A DNA stretch of 64,000 bases from Octopus vulgaris (Eukaryota). The DNA lies in contig OX597817.1 of NCBI GenBank assembly GCA_951406725.2, forward strand, positions 102,114,001 through 102,178,000, given 5' to 3'. Below the pieces are notes generated by a model. That model was not told the DNA's origin, searched no databases, and worked only from the letters and a program-made list of their open reading frames with translations. The translations under genes were made by a program, and so were the position numbers. Shown here piece by piece: positions 39,951-52,256 of this stretch; within the stretch, counting starts at the first letter, position 1, and each line of letters starts with the position of its first letter.

Positions 39951-41360
39951 TCATCATCATCATCGTTTAACGTCCGTTCTCCATGCTAGCATGGGTTGGA
40001 CGGTTCGACCGGGGATCTGGGAAGCCGGAAGGCTGCACCAGGCTCCAGTCTTATCTGGCAGTGTTTCTACAGCTGGATGCCCTTCCTAACGCCAACCACT
40101 CCGTGAGTGTAGTGGGTGCTTTTTACGTGCCACCTGCACAGGTGCCAGGCGAGGCTGGCAACGGCCACGGTTCGGATTGGGGTATTTTATGTGCCACCGG
40201 CACGGAAGCCAGACGAGGCGGTGCTGGCATCGGCCACGAGTCGGATGGTGCTTTTTACGTACCACCAGACCAGGGATCCTGGCTGGTTCAATTCGATTTC
40301 GCTTGCCCCAACATGTCTTCGCAAGCAAGGGGGTTGGCATGGGTGCCTGTTGTACGGTCAGATTGGTCTATTTTACGTGCCACCGGCACGGAAGCCAGTG
40401 GAGGCGGCGCTGGCATCGGCCACGAGTCGGATAGTGCTTTTTACGTACCACCAGACCAGGGAACCTGGCTGGTTCAATTCGATTTCGCTTGCCCCAACAT
40501 GTCTTCGCAAGCAAGGGGGTTGGCATGGGTGCCTGTCTTACGGTCAGATTGGTGTATTTTACGTGCCACCGGCACGGAAGCCAGTGGAGGCGGCGCTGGC
40601 ATTGGCCACAAGTCGGATAGTGCTTTTTACGTACCACCAGACCAGGGATCCTGGCTGGTTCAATTCGATTTTGACTTCGATTTCGATTTCGCTTGCCCCA
40701 ACATGTCTTCGCAAGCAAAGGGGGTTGGCATGGGTGCCTGTCGTCGGATGAGGTTCTATATCGACTTCGCTTGCCTCAACAGGTCTTTGTGTCCAAGGGA
40801 GGAAAGGCATTCATAAGTGGGCTGGGCTCACTTGTCCTGCCTGGTCTTCTCACGTACAGAATATTTCCAAAGGTCTCGGTCGCTGGTCATTTCCTCAGTG
40901 AGGCCTAGAGTTCGAAGGTCGTGCTTCACCACCTCGTCCCAGGTTTTCCTGGGTCTACCTCTTCCACGGGTTCCCTCAACTGCTAAGGATTGGCACTTTC
41001 TCACACACCTATCTTCATCCATTCTCGCCACATGACCATACCAGCGCAATCGTCTCTCTTGCACACCACAACTGATGCCTCTTAGGTACAACATTTCTCT
41101 CAAGGTGCTAACGCTCTGTCGAGTATGTACACTGACATTACACATCCATCGGAGCATACTGGCTTCATTCCTCACGAGCTTACGCATGTCCTCGGCAATC
41201 ACAGCCCATGTTTCACTGCCATGTAGCATGGCTGTTCGTACACACGCATCATACAGTCTGCCTTTTACTCTGAGCGAGAGGCCTTTAGTCACCAGCAGAG
41301 GTAAGAGCTCCCTAAACTTTGCCCAGGCTATTCTTATTCTAGCAGTTACACTTTCAGCGT
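39948..41360 (-). mobile_element. 5'-truncated RTE-clade LINE (young), RT C-terminus plus 3' UTR and (GAT)n tail
   Basis: Open frame ARIRIAWAKFRELLPLL...KGRLYDACVRTAMLHGSETW...RRLRWYGHVARM...RGRGRPRKTW ends at stop 40828. The tail is GGACGTTAAACGATGATGATG. CpGs are retained. Confidence 0.93.
40175..40745. repeat. Three tandem 186-bp units in the LINE 3' UTR
   Basis: GTGCCACCGGCACGGAAGCC starts at 40191, 40377 and 40563. Confidence 0.9.
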
Positions 41361-41384
41361 AATGTGTATATAATATATATATAC

Positions 41385-41545
41385 ACATTACCCGTAACTT
41401 AGCGGTTTAGCCTAAGAGACTGATAGAATAAGTACTAGGCTTCCAAAGAATAAGTCCTGGGGTTGATTTGCTCGACTAAAGGCAGTGCTCCAGCATGGCC
41501 ACATTCAAATGACTGAAACTAGCAAACGAGTAAAAGAGTAGATAC
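41385..41545 (+). mobile_element. SINE 3' portion (family also at 56280-56465 and 60296-60480)
   Basis: CGTAACTTAGCGGTT...GATAGAATAAGTACTAGGCTT...GCTCCAGCATGGCC...ATGACTGAAAC. Confidence 0.75.
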
Positions 41546-41826
41546 ATATATATATGTATGTACATATATGTATGTATATATGCATATATATATACATTTT
41601 ATGTATATTATTATATGACTGAATGCCACGCATCCATTTCCAAGTATATATATATATTGTATATGTATGTATATATTGTGTGTATATATATATATATATA
41701 TATATTTTGTGTATATATATATATTGTGTGTATATATATATATCAGATCCCCGGTCGAACCGTCCAACCCATGCTAGCATGGAGAACGGATGTTAAACGA
41801 TGATGATATTGTGTATATATATATAT

Positions 41827-41885
<59 letters not shown>

Positions 41886-41892
<7 letters not shown>

Positions 41893-42348
41893 TAGTTAAC
41901 GCCAAGCTAACAGAGCAGTCCAGGAAAATAGGACAAATGCTAGCTAGGTGATACACGGACCTGTGTCCATTATAACCTTCGAACAGGGGAGGTCAGATGC
42001 TTCCCCTTGCTGGTCTGGCATCTACAGACTAGTTTCGGGGTATTTGCCCCTTATCAATGTAGACCAGCTGGACCCAGCAGGTGTTGCTGCTGACCGTCTG
42101 CTTGCAGGATTATTTAGCTAAATTCAGTGGAAGACATCAACTGGTTTTCAAAAATAGAAATATTAATATTTCTAAATCTCTCTAGGAGACTACAGCAGCA
42201 GTACTGGATATTAATAGTTATCACCAAGCCAACATGGCAGTTTAGGAAAATAGGACGAATGCTACCATTGATTAGCTCCAAGAGGCCATCATCTCTTGCT
42301 AGCTATGTGACACATAAACCTGTGTCCATTATAACCTTCGAACAGGGG
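41886..42348 (-). mobile_element. Non-coding direct-repeat element carrying a hammerhead (retrozyme-like or PLE terminal repeat)
   Basis: Direct repeats 41886-41989 and 42208-42348 (ATATTAATAGTTA...AGGAAAATAGGAC...CCTGTGTCCATTATAACCTTCGAACAGGGG) have a period of 322-359 bp and flank a hammerhead fold. Confidence 0.65.
42021..42063 (-). ncRNA. Minimal type I hammerhead ribozyme, U3-A8 core variant
   Basis: Minus strand: TCTACA TTGATAA GGGG CAAATA CCCC GAAA CTAG TC TGTAGA. This gives a 6-bp stem I, a 4-bp stem II, palindromic stem III ACTAGT and a GUC cleavage site. Confidence 0.8.
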
Positions 42349-43859
42349 TCTTATTAATTAGTATTTTCAACTGAATCCTATTGATACATTTGGGGAGCTG
42401 GATTAATAGGAAGGTTATCAAAAATGATTGTATGGTTAATAAATTCAATTCCTGATCACATGGTTTTAGGTTCAGTCCCACTGAGCATCACATTAGGCAA
42501 GTGTCTTCATAAACTCAGACTGAACAAAGCCTTGTGAATGGACTTAATAGATGGAAAGCAAGTGAAACCTGTTGTGTGTGTGCATGCATGCACATGAACA
42601 TGTGTATGTTTAGATGAGCCCCCATTTCTACAAAAGTCCAATAAATTGGTTACTTGCTTTGCACCTTCAAAGCTGTGTGGAATGAGATCTTTTACTTCAA
42701 AAACAGGTAAGGGTTAGCAACAGGAAGAGCACCCAGTTGTATAACACTGCTTGATTAACATATCTGGCAAACCAATGCTAGCATGGAAAAATGGATAATA
42801 CACACATACATAAAATGCCTCTCTAATAAATGTGTTCTGTAAAAATGCCACCTATAGCACCCAACTATGAATGAAACATTCCTACTGATATAATCAAATG
42901 AATAACTCTACTGAAGAATGCACAAGACCAAAGAGTGATATAATCAATTTGAACCCATGATTATCTTATAAAGCAAGACCAAGTTTACAAATTAATATTA
43001 CCTACAGTATACTTCATACCAACATTTCTAATACATTACAGTATATTATACTGTAATATACAAGCAAATCAATAAATACATTTCAGGTAAATGGTAAAAC
43101 TATGTTAGTTCCTGTAAAATATCCACCACCTAAGTAATGTCACTAGTAGTTATACTACACAAGCTGGCCAAATTTCATGCAAATTATAATAGATAATTGA
43201 AAAGTGTTTTGCCATTATTTGAAATGAACCACTTAAATTTAATTAAGCAAAATTGAGTGACTGAGTAGTGTGTTTAACACCAGTATTCCACTGGTCACTG
43301 GGCTAACAGTTAAAAATCTATTGGGGCAATAAACTCTCAGAGACAGGTGCCAGACTCCAATATCTATGTAGCTTTGACTATTATCCGCATTACTGAGTAA
43401 AAAGCTTTATAACCTTGATAAGCTTTGCATAACCATAGATTAAAAGTGTTATATGTGTGTGTGTGTGTATTTGTCAATCAGATTGCAATATTGATTTGTC
43501 ACTTTTATTGTTGTATTTTACAAGTGCTTTCATGTTTTATAACAATCTTCAGGAGATTGTTTACGTAGTGGCATTAACATACTGCTAATGTATTTCACTA
43601 TTGGCAACTGTAGTAAAATGGCTGGTTTTTTTCCCCTTTAAATACCTTCTGATAGTCTCTATCAGACTGAGGCTAACAAAAGACATTTTAACCAATCAGC
43701 CTGTGCCTTCGATGTCACAGTTTTAGTAATTTGGTAACATAATTGCCATTAACAGAGCTTATTTATAGAAACATTTTAACCAATCAGTCACTGATAGAGG
43801 ATTCAGCTACAATCAGATGCTGAGAAACACCTGATACAACAAACAGTAGTCCTATCTCA

Positions 43860-44585
43860 AATACATTTAAATGAAATTAACGTTCAAATTAATATTAATA
43901 CTGTTTTTTAATAAGATGAAATTCAAATCTATTTTGGAAATATTAAAAGCATTTTGTTATTATATGTTTCTAAATGATTGCTTAATGGAATCTGAAGAAT
44001 GTTAGTGTCTCTAATTTGTGGTTGGTATTCTCATGCATTCCGGTAATGAGTTGCCTGTTTGGTCAGTACATATTTCTTCACAATTCAGACATTTGATGCA
44101 ATAGAAAAGATTTCTGTTTTTACAGATCATATTTGCATTTGGGAATATTCTTTTTTTGTGTTGATATACTGACTAGTATTTATGAATTGACATGTACCTA
44201 ATAACTGTCATTGCATTTGTATACCATGAACATTTTATTATTGTTGTTGAGGGCAATTTTTGCATTAGTAAACAACATTCAAGTTTTTCAGTTGCCTTTT
44301 CTTTTGAACAAGTGTTTGATGAGTAATTAAATCTTTGAGCTTGTTAGTTTGATTTGGAGACATTAAAATATTTTAATGACATGGATTGTGTGCTACTGTT
44401 AAAATGTATGATATGGCTGAGTGTTCCTTTTTCATGAATTGCTCTAAATTGTTCTATAAGCAGTTGTTTTGCATGTTGCATACCATTTTCCAAAATTTTT
44501 GTTTGAGTAGAAATCATTCGAGTTCTGTGAGACATTTGTTTCTGGTAACTGTATCCTCAATGACAGCATAAATTTCCCTGGCTTA
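43860..44585 (-). mobile_element. Decayed Penelope-like element (Neptune-like), RT end, linker and GIY-YIG
   Basis: Frameshifted fragments RKIYAVIEDTVTRNKCLTELE, KRQLKNL..LTNAK, YKCND..GTCQFI, NANMICKNRNLFYCIKCLNCEEICTDQTGNSL and QIRDTNILQIPLSNHL. Confidence 0.75.
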
Positions 44586-45222
44586 CTTCACTTGATAATA
44601 ATAGCATCTCAGCATCTAATGCTGATGCTCCTGCAGTAATCCTTTAACTGCACCTGCAAGCATACTGTTGGTTGATTGCTCTTTCGAGTGTACTTGATGC
44701 AAATTCTCTTAATTTTATGCAATCAACAACCTCTTGTGATAGTACTTCCATACCTTTTATTTTTCAGTATCATTAAGGGCACACATGCCATCATCATTTT
44801 ATGCACACTTCTCAGAACATATCTAGATTCTCTCTAGTACATTGCCATGTAATATAAAATATCTCAAGTATCTGGTCTTCACATTGCACAGCATGTGTAA
44901 ACCTTCTTCCGTTCTGCTTTTCCTACAACTAACTACATCTGATATCTTGCTTCTCTTCTAGCTATTTGGTGCTGTCCTCTTATACTAATGTTTACCCAGT
45001 CTTTTGAGGCTTGTCTCTTTGAATAATATGAATAGATCCATAAAATCTTTCACAACCATGTCCCCTTATGTCTGGTTAGAACCATGTAGCAGCCATAAAT
45101 CTTGGACCAACTTCAGCACTTTGTTCCATAGAAACTCTCATCCATTCTCTTTCTTGGTTGCTGACTGGTTTATGCTAAGAGACTTAGAATCACCTTGTAT
45201 GTGCATGTATGCACATATACAT

Positions 45223-45269
<47 letters not shown>

Positions 45270-46389
45270 CATCATCATTCATTGTTTCAATGTCCATTTT
45301 TTCATGCTCAAATGAGTTGAATGGAATTGGCTGAGGCAGAAATTCTATGGCTGGATACTGTTCGTGTCACCAGCCCTCACCTGTTCTAAGCAATGTAATA
45401 TTTCCCCATTGTCAGGCATCTTTCCATTGAAGACTGGAAATGAAGAACACTACCAGCAAGATGGTGATGCTCATTTTTACTACTGTCAAGCGATTTCAAT
45501 ACACACACATATGAATGTAAGCTACTTTTTCACTGAAGTGTCTGTCAAATGCCATTTATCTTGAATACAGTTCATCTGTGATTTCTTTCTATGGGAGATT
45601 GCATGGGTATTAATGAATAACATTTGTTTTCCTAATTTTCTCATGACTGCCATTAACTTTTGATACAATTTCCACATCTATTTTTGCCTCCTGTGAATGA
45701 CCCATCAATGATTGTTTTTTTGTCAATACTGATTGTTTGAGACAGTATGCAATCATAAATATTTTGATCTATTTCAGCTTTGACTTGTTTTCTTAAATGA
45801 CATACGATCCACTGGACCTGTGCTTCTTCCATTTCAGCTACCCCTCTACACACATACACATACATAACCCATTTTCTGGTAACTGATGAACTGGTATCTT
45901 TTTTTTAACCTGGACATAATTTATGTCAGGACATTTAAAGTTCCTGCGAACATTACTATAATAACATTTTTTGCTATCAAGCCTTCACAACACACATTTA
46001 TTTACTCAATAGCAACATAATGAAGGCAGAAATACTCTCTCTACACTTTACTATAATAATATAAAGATGTTAGTGTTTAAAACCAAATCTAACACCACAT
46101 GCTAACCTCCTGAGGGGTCTCTCACTGTGAAGTTAACGAATAACTTAATATTCTTCAGAAAAGTGAGTACAATGACTGAAAGATGAAATGTGGATTAAGT
46201 TGGTGAAAATAGTAACCAAATCAAAGTCAAAACAAAATAATGCTAATGATTTTTGGCATCAATACAGAGATAGTGGTGATGAATTTACAATAATTAATGA
46301 ATGAGATGAAAAACTATTAGCTAGGAGATGAATTAAGAATATGTAATAACTTATGAATAAAGAAATAAAAGAATAATGTAAAGGAACAC

Positions 46390-46970
46390 AAGCTAATTAA
46401 AGCATGGAAAAATATAGGCCATTGTTAGCAGAGTGGAAAGATGACCAACTTTATTCTTTGGTTCTGAAACCTATGTACCATTTAAGGTGTTGAATAATCC
46501 TTTAAAGATCAAATGTATAAAACCAGAGAAGTCTGTCTGGTTTTGAAAGGAATGAGTGTATAAATAAAACTTTGATTTAAATGTGTGTAAGGTCATGCTG
46601 ACACAAGCTTTTGATGGTAACTAAACATTAGTATACAATATCATTAGCTGTGCAGCAAGATCCTGAAGGATAGTTGCTGGGATTAGGGCAGTTGCATAGT
46701 TAAGTTTTGTTTTAGTCACTAAGTTTAGAAGTGTTTATAATAAGTCAAAATTTGGGGTAGCTGTATATGAAAGGATGACAATATTGTTACCAGGTAATAT
46801 TTATGGTTTCATATGAAATACTTCCTTAGGAACCAAGATTTGAGCCAAGTGTTTTTATTGGAGCGGGAGGTAAGTATTGCTATGTTATACATTTCATCCT
46901 TAAAACTTCTGGCAAAGGCTTCATTGTAATATTGGGATACATTGTGAAAAATCTGTTTATTAGGTAAGTC
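46390..46970 (-). mobile_element. Decayed Penelope-like element resembling 1-363 type
   Basis: Fragments YYNEAFARS, ILSYTATPNF, CNCPNPSN..GSCCTANDIVY and VSMT..FK. Confidence 0.55.
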
Positions 46971-47070
46971 AGTAACTTCTAAAGATTATTATCATTAATA
47001 ATAATAAAATTAAAAATAGTAATAACACACACACACGTTTTAAGTTCTATTTTCCTGTTTGCATCACCAA

Positions 47071-47210
47071 ATCTATCTATCTATCTTATCTATCATATCT
47101 TATCTATCATATCTATCATATCTATCTTATCTATCTTATCTATCATATCTATCATATCTATCTTATCTATCTTATCTATCATATCTATCTTATCTATCAT
47201 ATCTATCATA

Positions 47211-47270
<60 letters not shown>
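47071..47270. repeat. 9-bp TATCTATCT/TATCTATCA compound repeat followed by (TA)n
   Basis: Directly visible. Confidence 0.9.
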
Positions 47271-47273
<3 letters not shown>

Positions 47274-47649
47274 ACAAATTTGTATACACCTACATACACA
47301 TACTGATATTCGCTTGCCACACCAGTTCATCAAATGATTTTTTTTTCTAAACAACTTTTCATAGGTTTGTAGATTAATTTGTTAAAGTATAACATAAAAA
47401 CAGAATTTTGAACTAAAGATTTAATTATAAAACTAACAACTTATAAAATTTCTAACTGTACCATTTGTGCTATAGATTACTGATAATTATATGATCATTA
47501 AGGGCATGATATCTAGTTACAATGTTCTTTAAGCATTGGATCACTGTAGCATGTCTTTTTCTTGGCAGACCATATATAGCCAAGTAGCTGCTCAATAATA
47601 ATACATTTGCACTTTGCATTTAATTTTTTTCATGTCTACATAATGTAGG

Positions 47650-48690
47650 ATGAGTAATTACACAATGTTTGAGTAATGCATTCTGGTAACCTTCAACACT
47701 TTTATTACTATGTAGCAAGTTGTTTTGCTCATGTTTTTACATATTTGAACAATACTGTATTGGGAAATTTTGGTATCTTCCACATTGTGCAGACATAATC
47801 ATATAGTTTCAAAATAGCCAATAACTTTCAAGCAGTCACTTATCATCAACACTGAAAATTCTAAGTTCTGCAAATTGTCATACAGCATCAGCTGGAAGCT
47901 TGAGCTTGAAAAGATTTTATTAGCAAAGCATGTTTGGGATTTTAAATCAACACTGTCTGAAATAAGAAAAAATATCCCAAAATCTCTGATGTAGGTAGAG
48001 AAGTTAATCACAAACATTAAATATAGCAATTTCAAAGTCAAAGATCACTATCTCAGGTGAAATCTAAGCTTTTTGTTTCCTTATAATTCAAAGGATTTCT
48101 CTGTAGGCTGCATGAGATTTATCATATGCAACACTATAAACCAAAGGAATAGTGTGGAAGCCATTTATCAGATCATGAATGATATATAACTAATAAACAG
48201 ATGGAACAACATTAAATGTTTCATTACTGAACCAGCTACAATTTTCAGCAAGCAAGTCTAGATTTCTTTGGTATGTAAAACTATAATGACCGTAGTCATA
48301 ATCTTCATTCAATACAAATTCTTCTGGAATCGTGTAACATGTAGTTTATCTATGAAACCATCAACCTTCAAGATCATGATGCTTTCATTAAATCATTTGC
48401 ATAAAGGCTATATTGTTTTTTAAGAATACCAGCAGCTTCTATTGAAAAGCTCAGAGGCATACTTTGAATGATAATTGATGTCTGTTCATCTGAGATAGTA
48501 GCTCTTCCTAGCATTCTAGATACTACTTTTTCCACTTCAAAGCATGCTGGATATGGTGTGTAATTGTGATTGTGGTCAGTTAGTTGGTTTCTTATTTCAT
48601 TTCCATTATTTGACATGTTACATGTATGACACTGTTGACAGTCTTGTCATTAAGGTATGAAAAGCAATTAAGAATTTGCTTACATTTTCC
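47650..48690 (-). mobile_element. Mutator-like (MULE) transposase relic
   Basis: HNYTPYPACFEVEKVVSRMLGRAT..., LDLLAENCSWFSNETFNVVPSVY*LYIIH...PLVYS...DKS..AY...PEIVIFDFEIAIFN and NKSVEGYQN match MULE W..DGTF..P...QLY.IH, PLVY, DFE.A and NN..EG.H motifs. Confidence 0.8.
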
Positions 48691-48851
48691 CCTTCTGTAC
48701 AAAACAAATTCTATTTCAATTATGGGCAAACATAATCAATATTAAGCAAACTCTGGAAGAGTCTAGTAAATTTTAAACTGTATTTCATTTGGATGTTTAC
48801 AAAGTTATATAAAATAACAATAATAAATCACATCACTATTGAGAATATAGA

Positions 48852-49290
48852 CAATATTTATATCCAACTTAATGTAGATGTATTGTTATAGCACTGAATA
48901 CTGGATTATTTACCTTGAGAAGGCCTCTCATAAGGATGTATGATTGCTTTTTGGTATTAATACTGCTTCTGTTGTAAATAATCATTTCTTAATAAGTTTG
49001 TTTGCTATTTGTGACATCAGAGCCTAAACAGTTGCTGAAATGCCATATATTGCTGGCACTGATATTTGGGTGTATGTGGCTACCAGATGTCTGCCACTAA
49101 AGAGGTGGAGTACATCAAAATCATGTGATCTGGCTGTTCTGAAATCCATAGCAAATGATACTTAACTTCTAGCAATATAAATGTGTGCTTTTTATGTACC
49201 ATGCATCCATATAAGAGGTCCTCTCAAGGTAAATAATACAATCTTCAGTGCTTTAACAATACAACCACATTAAGTCGGATATAAAGATTG
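48852..49290. repeat. ~90-bp imperfect inverted repeat (about 85% identity)
   Basis: 48852-48941 matches the reverse complement of 49201-49290. Confidence 0.8.
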
Positions 49291-50496
49291 CTTTTTGATA
49301 TTAATGTTGCTTGTGTCACTAATAATTATTTAGATATAACCAAATTTTGTTGTTATATCTATGAACAAACTTTTAGTTTCTAAAATGTTGTGAAATTCTA
49401 AAATTTGAAGAAAGTAGATTTATTTCTGATTTGACAGTTCAATGTTCAAAGCAGCCCACAGTTTGTGACTGGAGAATTTTTTCAACAAGCATTTTCTGAA
49501 AAAAACCCCAAAAAAACAACAAAAAAAAACAGCAGAACATTCATTTACATACTTTTATATGGTTGGACATGTTTTATTTATAATACTGACATACAACTAT
49601 TCCTAGGATAACATTAACTATGCCAGCTCCTTCTGGCTACCAATCCAGCTCCTTTTATGAGCCTTCTGGCTACCAATCCAGCTAGCTGTTTTTTACAATT
49701 TGAATTCAACTTTCACCAGAATATCCATTTCATTTCAGCTAGAAATTCCAATAGTTAATAGTACTGCAGCATGCAGAACATTGACCAAATCAATGGCAAC
49801 ATAACAGAATGGCTCAACAGACTTCAAGAATAAATAAACACAAAGATCAGTACAATTATGGTCAAAATGCCTGATTTATTCAAACACACTTCATTTTTCT
49901 ATTTTATTAATAATTACTAGTATAGAAATAGTTTATATTTTTGTTTCAGTTTTTCTTTGAAATTAAACATTCCAACTTTTTAACTGTTTAAACATAATTT
50001 ACCTAGTCTATCACCTATAACTTGCAGAATCACTTGCATTCAACAGACATGTATACAGATGAAGAACTCATTTGCAGCTAGCACATATGCCACAGATTCA
50101 TTTGCATTTTTGCACACATGTATAACCCACCCTGCTTATATCTTGTGCATGGTTTCAGGATATATTTTGGTGTCTTGACCAACTAATTATCATAGTCACT
50201 CCATTCTGTTTTTACTAGCTGTTTTAGTTTGATCCTCATTAATTGCTGTTTTCCCAGCAATCTAGGAAAGAGCTAATGTAGTGATCTCATGCTGGTGTTA
50301 CTTATGTTCTACCCTGTATTGCACATTGGTCTATCCTCAGCTAGTTTTTGTAGCATATTGTCCCTTGGTCAGCTCTGCTCAATTTCTGGAGAGACACTAA
50401 GAGTAGACCCCCACCCCCACCTTCTCTGCCATAACTTCTTATAATGCAATGTAGTTGTTTCTGAGAGAGAGAGAGAGAGAGGAAGAGAAAAGAACC

Positions 50497-50782
50497 CTCC
50501 CTATTCTCCTGATTTGGTTCCATCTCACTATCAACTGTCCTCCGACATTAAAAACACTTGGATAGGAACTAGTATTGCAGAGATGACATTATAGCTGTTG
50601 TTGATGACTTTTAAAGCAACAGGATGAAAGCTTCTTCACTAATGGGATTCAAGCAATGCAGCACCAATGGAAGGAGTGTGTGGACTGCAAGAGGGAATAT
50701 GTTGAAAAATAAGCTTAATTTGGTTATATTCCATGAGAGTATCTTGGTCTGCCTATGAACTTTTCAGTTGACCTTCCTCATA
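50497..50782 (+). mobile_element. Mariner transposase 3' fragment, same family as 21750-22055
   Basis: PYSPDLVPSHYQL...ESFFTNGIQAMQHQWKECVDCKREYVEK, then the TIR-like CCTATGAACTTTTCAGTTGACC. Confidence 0.75.
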
Positions 50783-50794
50783 TACACAGAGCCT

Positions 50795-51090
50795 GTTACT
50801 ATAAACCATTCTGGTGCCACGTTAAAAGCATCCAGTAAACACTGTAACATGGTTGGCACTTAGAAGGGCATCCAGCTGCAAATATCACACCAAAACTAAC
50901 CTCATCTGTGCTAGTGCCACATAAAAAACACTGAGTCCATTCTGCAGAGTGGTTGGTGTTAGGAAAGGCATCCAGCCGTAAAATCCCTGCCAAAACAGTA
51001 GCTTAGGGTAGTTTTTCTACCCGGCCAGCTCTTGTCAACCATCCAACCCATGCTTGCAAGGAAAATGGACATTAAACGATGATGATGATG
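50795..51090 (+). mobile_element. RTE-tail-bearing repeat ending (GAT)n
   Basis: GAAGGGCATCCAGC...CCATCCAACCCATGCTTGCAAGGAAAATGGACATTAAACGATGATGATG. Confidence 0.75.
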
Positions 51091-51190
51091 TACTTCCAAT
51101 TATCACTCGCTTTCCTCTTAGTTAGTACCAATAAACATCTGCCATGCTTCTTATTGTGCTCCATTCATAACTACTACTGGTCTTCCTTAA

Positions 51191-52256
51191 CCCTTTCGTT
51201 ACCAAACCGCCCGAAAAAAGTTTTGGTTAATGTGACCAAGCCGCCCAAAACCGCCCGAATTTACCTATTCATATTTAAATGAGAATATCAGAGCAAATCT
51301 CTTTAGTACATTCGTGAAAATACGTATTATACTTCGTAAACAGTTCAACTACAGTTTTGTACAAAAATCGAAGTGTAATTTTAATTCCGTGAATTTTGGG
51401 AGATTTTTTTCCGAAATTTGTTCCTATTGTGTTTTCAAAATTTGTAATTCTGACAAAAAATGGATACGAATTTCATTATATCAAGCAGCGAGTCAGAATT
51501 CGAAGGATTTTCTACTGAAGACCTTCATAAATCTAACTATGACTGAAAAAAAAAAAGCATGTGGTATTTGATAATGAATCTGATGTTTCATTTTCCGAAA
51601 GTGAAAACAGTGAATCCGAGAGCTCCGACAGCGATAAAGAAAATGAATTGGCACCAGAATAGAGTGAAAATTTAAAAACTGTTTCTTTCGGTGATTTTTC
51701 TGAAGAAACTGGACCAAACCACAGACTTTCTCAGAAGAGTAAAGCCTTAGACTATTTCTTTTTACTTTTTCGAATGAGCCTATTTGAAATCATTATGGCG
51801 GAAATGAACCGTTATGCTAAATGTAAACAAAACGAAAGAAAGTGGTTTCCCATAACCTTAAATGAAATTAAGACTATTTTGCCATAAATATTATTATGGG
51901 TATCAGAAAGTTACCCAGAATAACAAATTCTATCGTAAAATTTTGTTGTATACCCAATTGAATATTAGCTAATAACCCATTTTCTATAGCGATGTTTGAA
52001 CAAAATTTTAATAATTTTATATTTTGTTGAATTTACCTGTATCTATCTGCAATTAGAGTCACTTTGTGACAAAAATTATAGTATAGAATTGGTTGAGAAC
52101 ATTTCATTAAATTATCTTCCAAAATTCACGTTAATATATTGATAAATAAAAAAGTTATAGTTGTTTAATGAAACCAGACTAAATTTATGATTACGTTAGA
52201 AATTAATTGAAACATATAAGGGGTGTATTTTGGTCAGAAATATAGTAACGAAAGGG
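51191..52256 (+). mobile_element. Internally deleted piggyBac element with intact ends
   Basis: TTAA TSDs at 51187-51190 and 52257-52260; TIRs CCCTTTCGTTAC / GTAACGAAAGGG. The internal remnant ALDYFFLLFRMSLFEIIMAEMNRYA...WFPITLNEIK..IIMGIRKLPRI is typical of piggyBac transposase N-termini. Confidence 0.9.

Noticed and set aside
39983-40816. 277-aa and 211-aa plus-strand ORFs with 62-aa repeats
   Set aside because: They are antisense to an RTE 3' UTR. The openness follows from a GC-rich 186-bp tandem unit, and there is no recognisable domain.
47059-47337. SYL/IDM repeat ORFs
   Set aside because: Translations of a 9-bp compound microsatellite.
49630-49684. 22-bp direct duplication CCTTCTGGCTACCAATCCAGCT
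   Set aside because: Only two copies 32 bp apart. This is a local slippage duplication, not an array or CRISPR.
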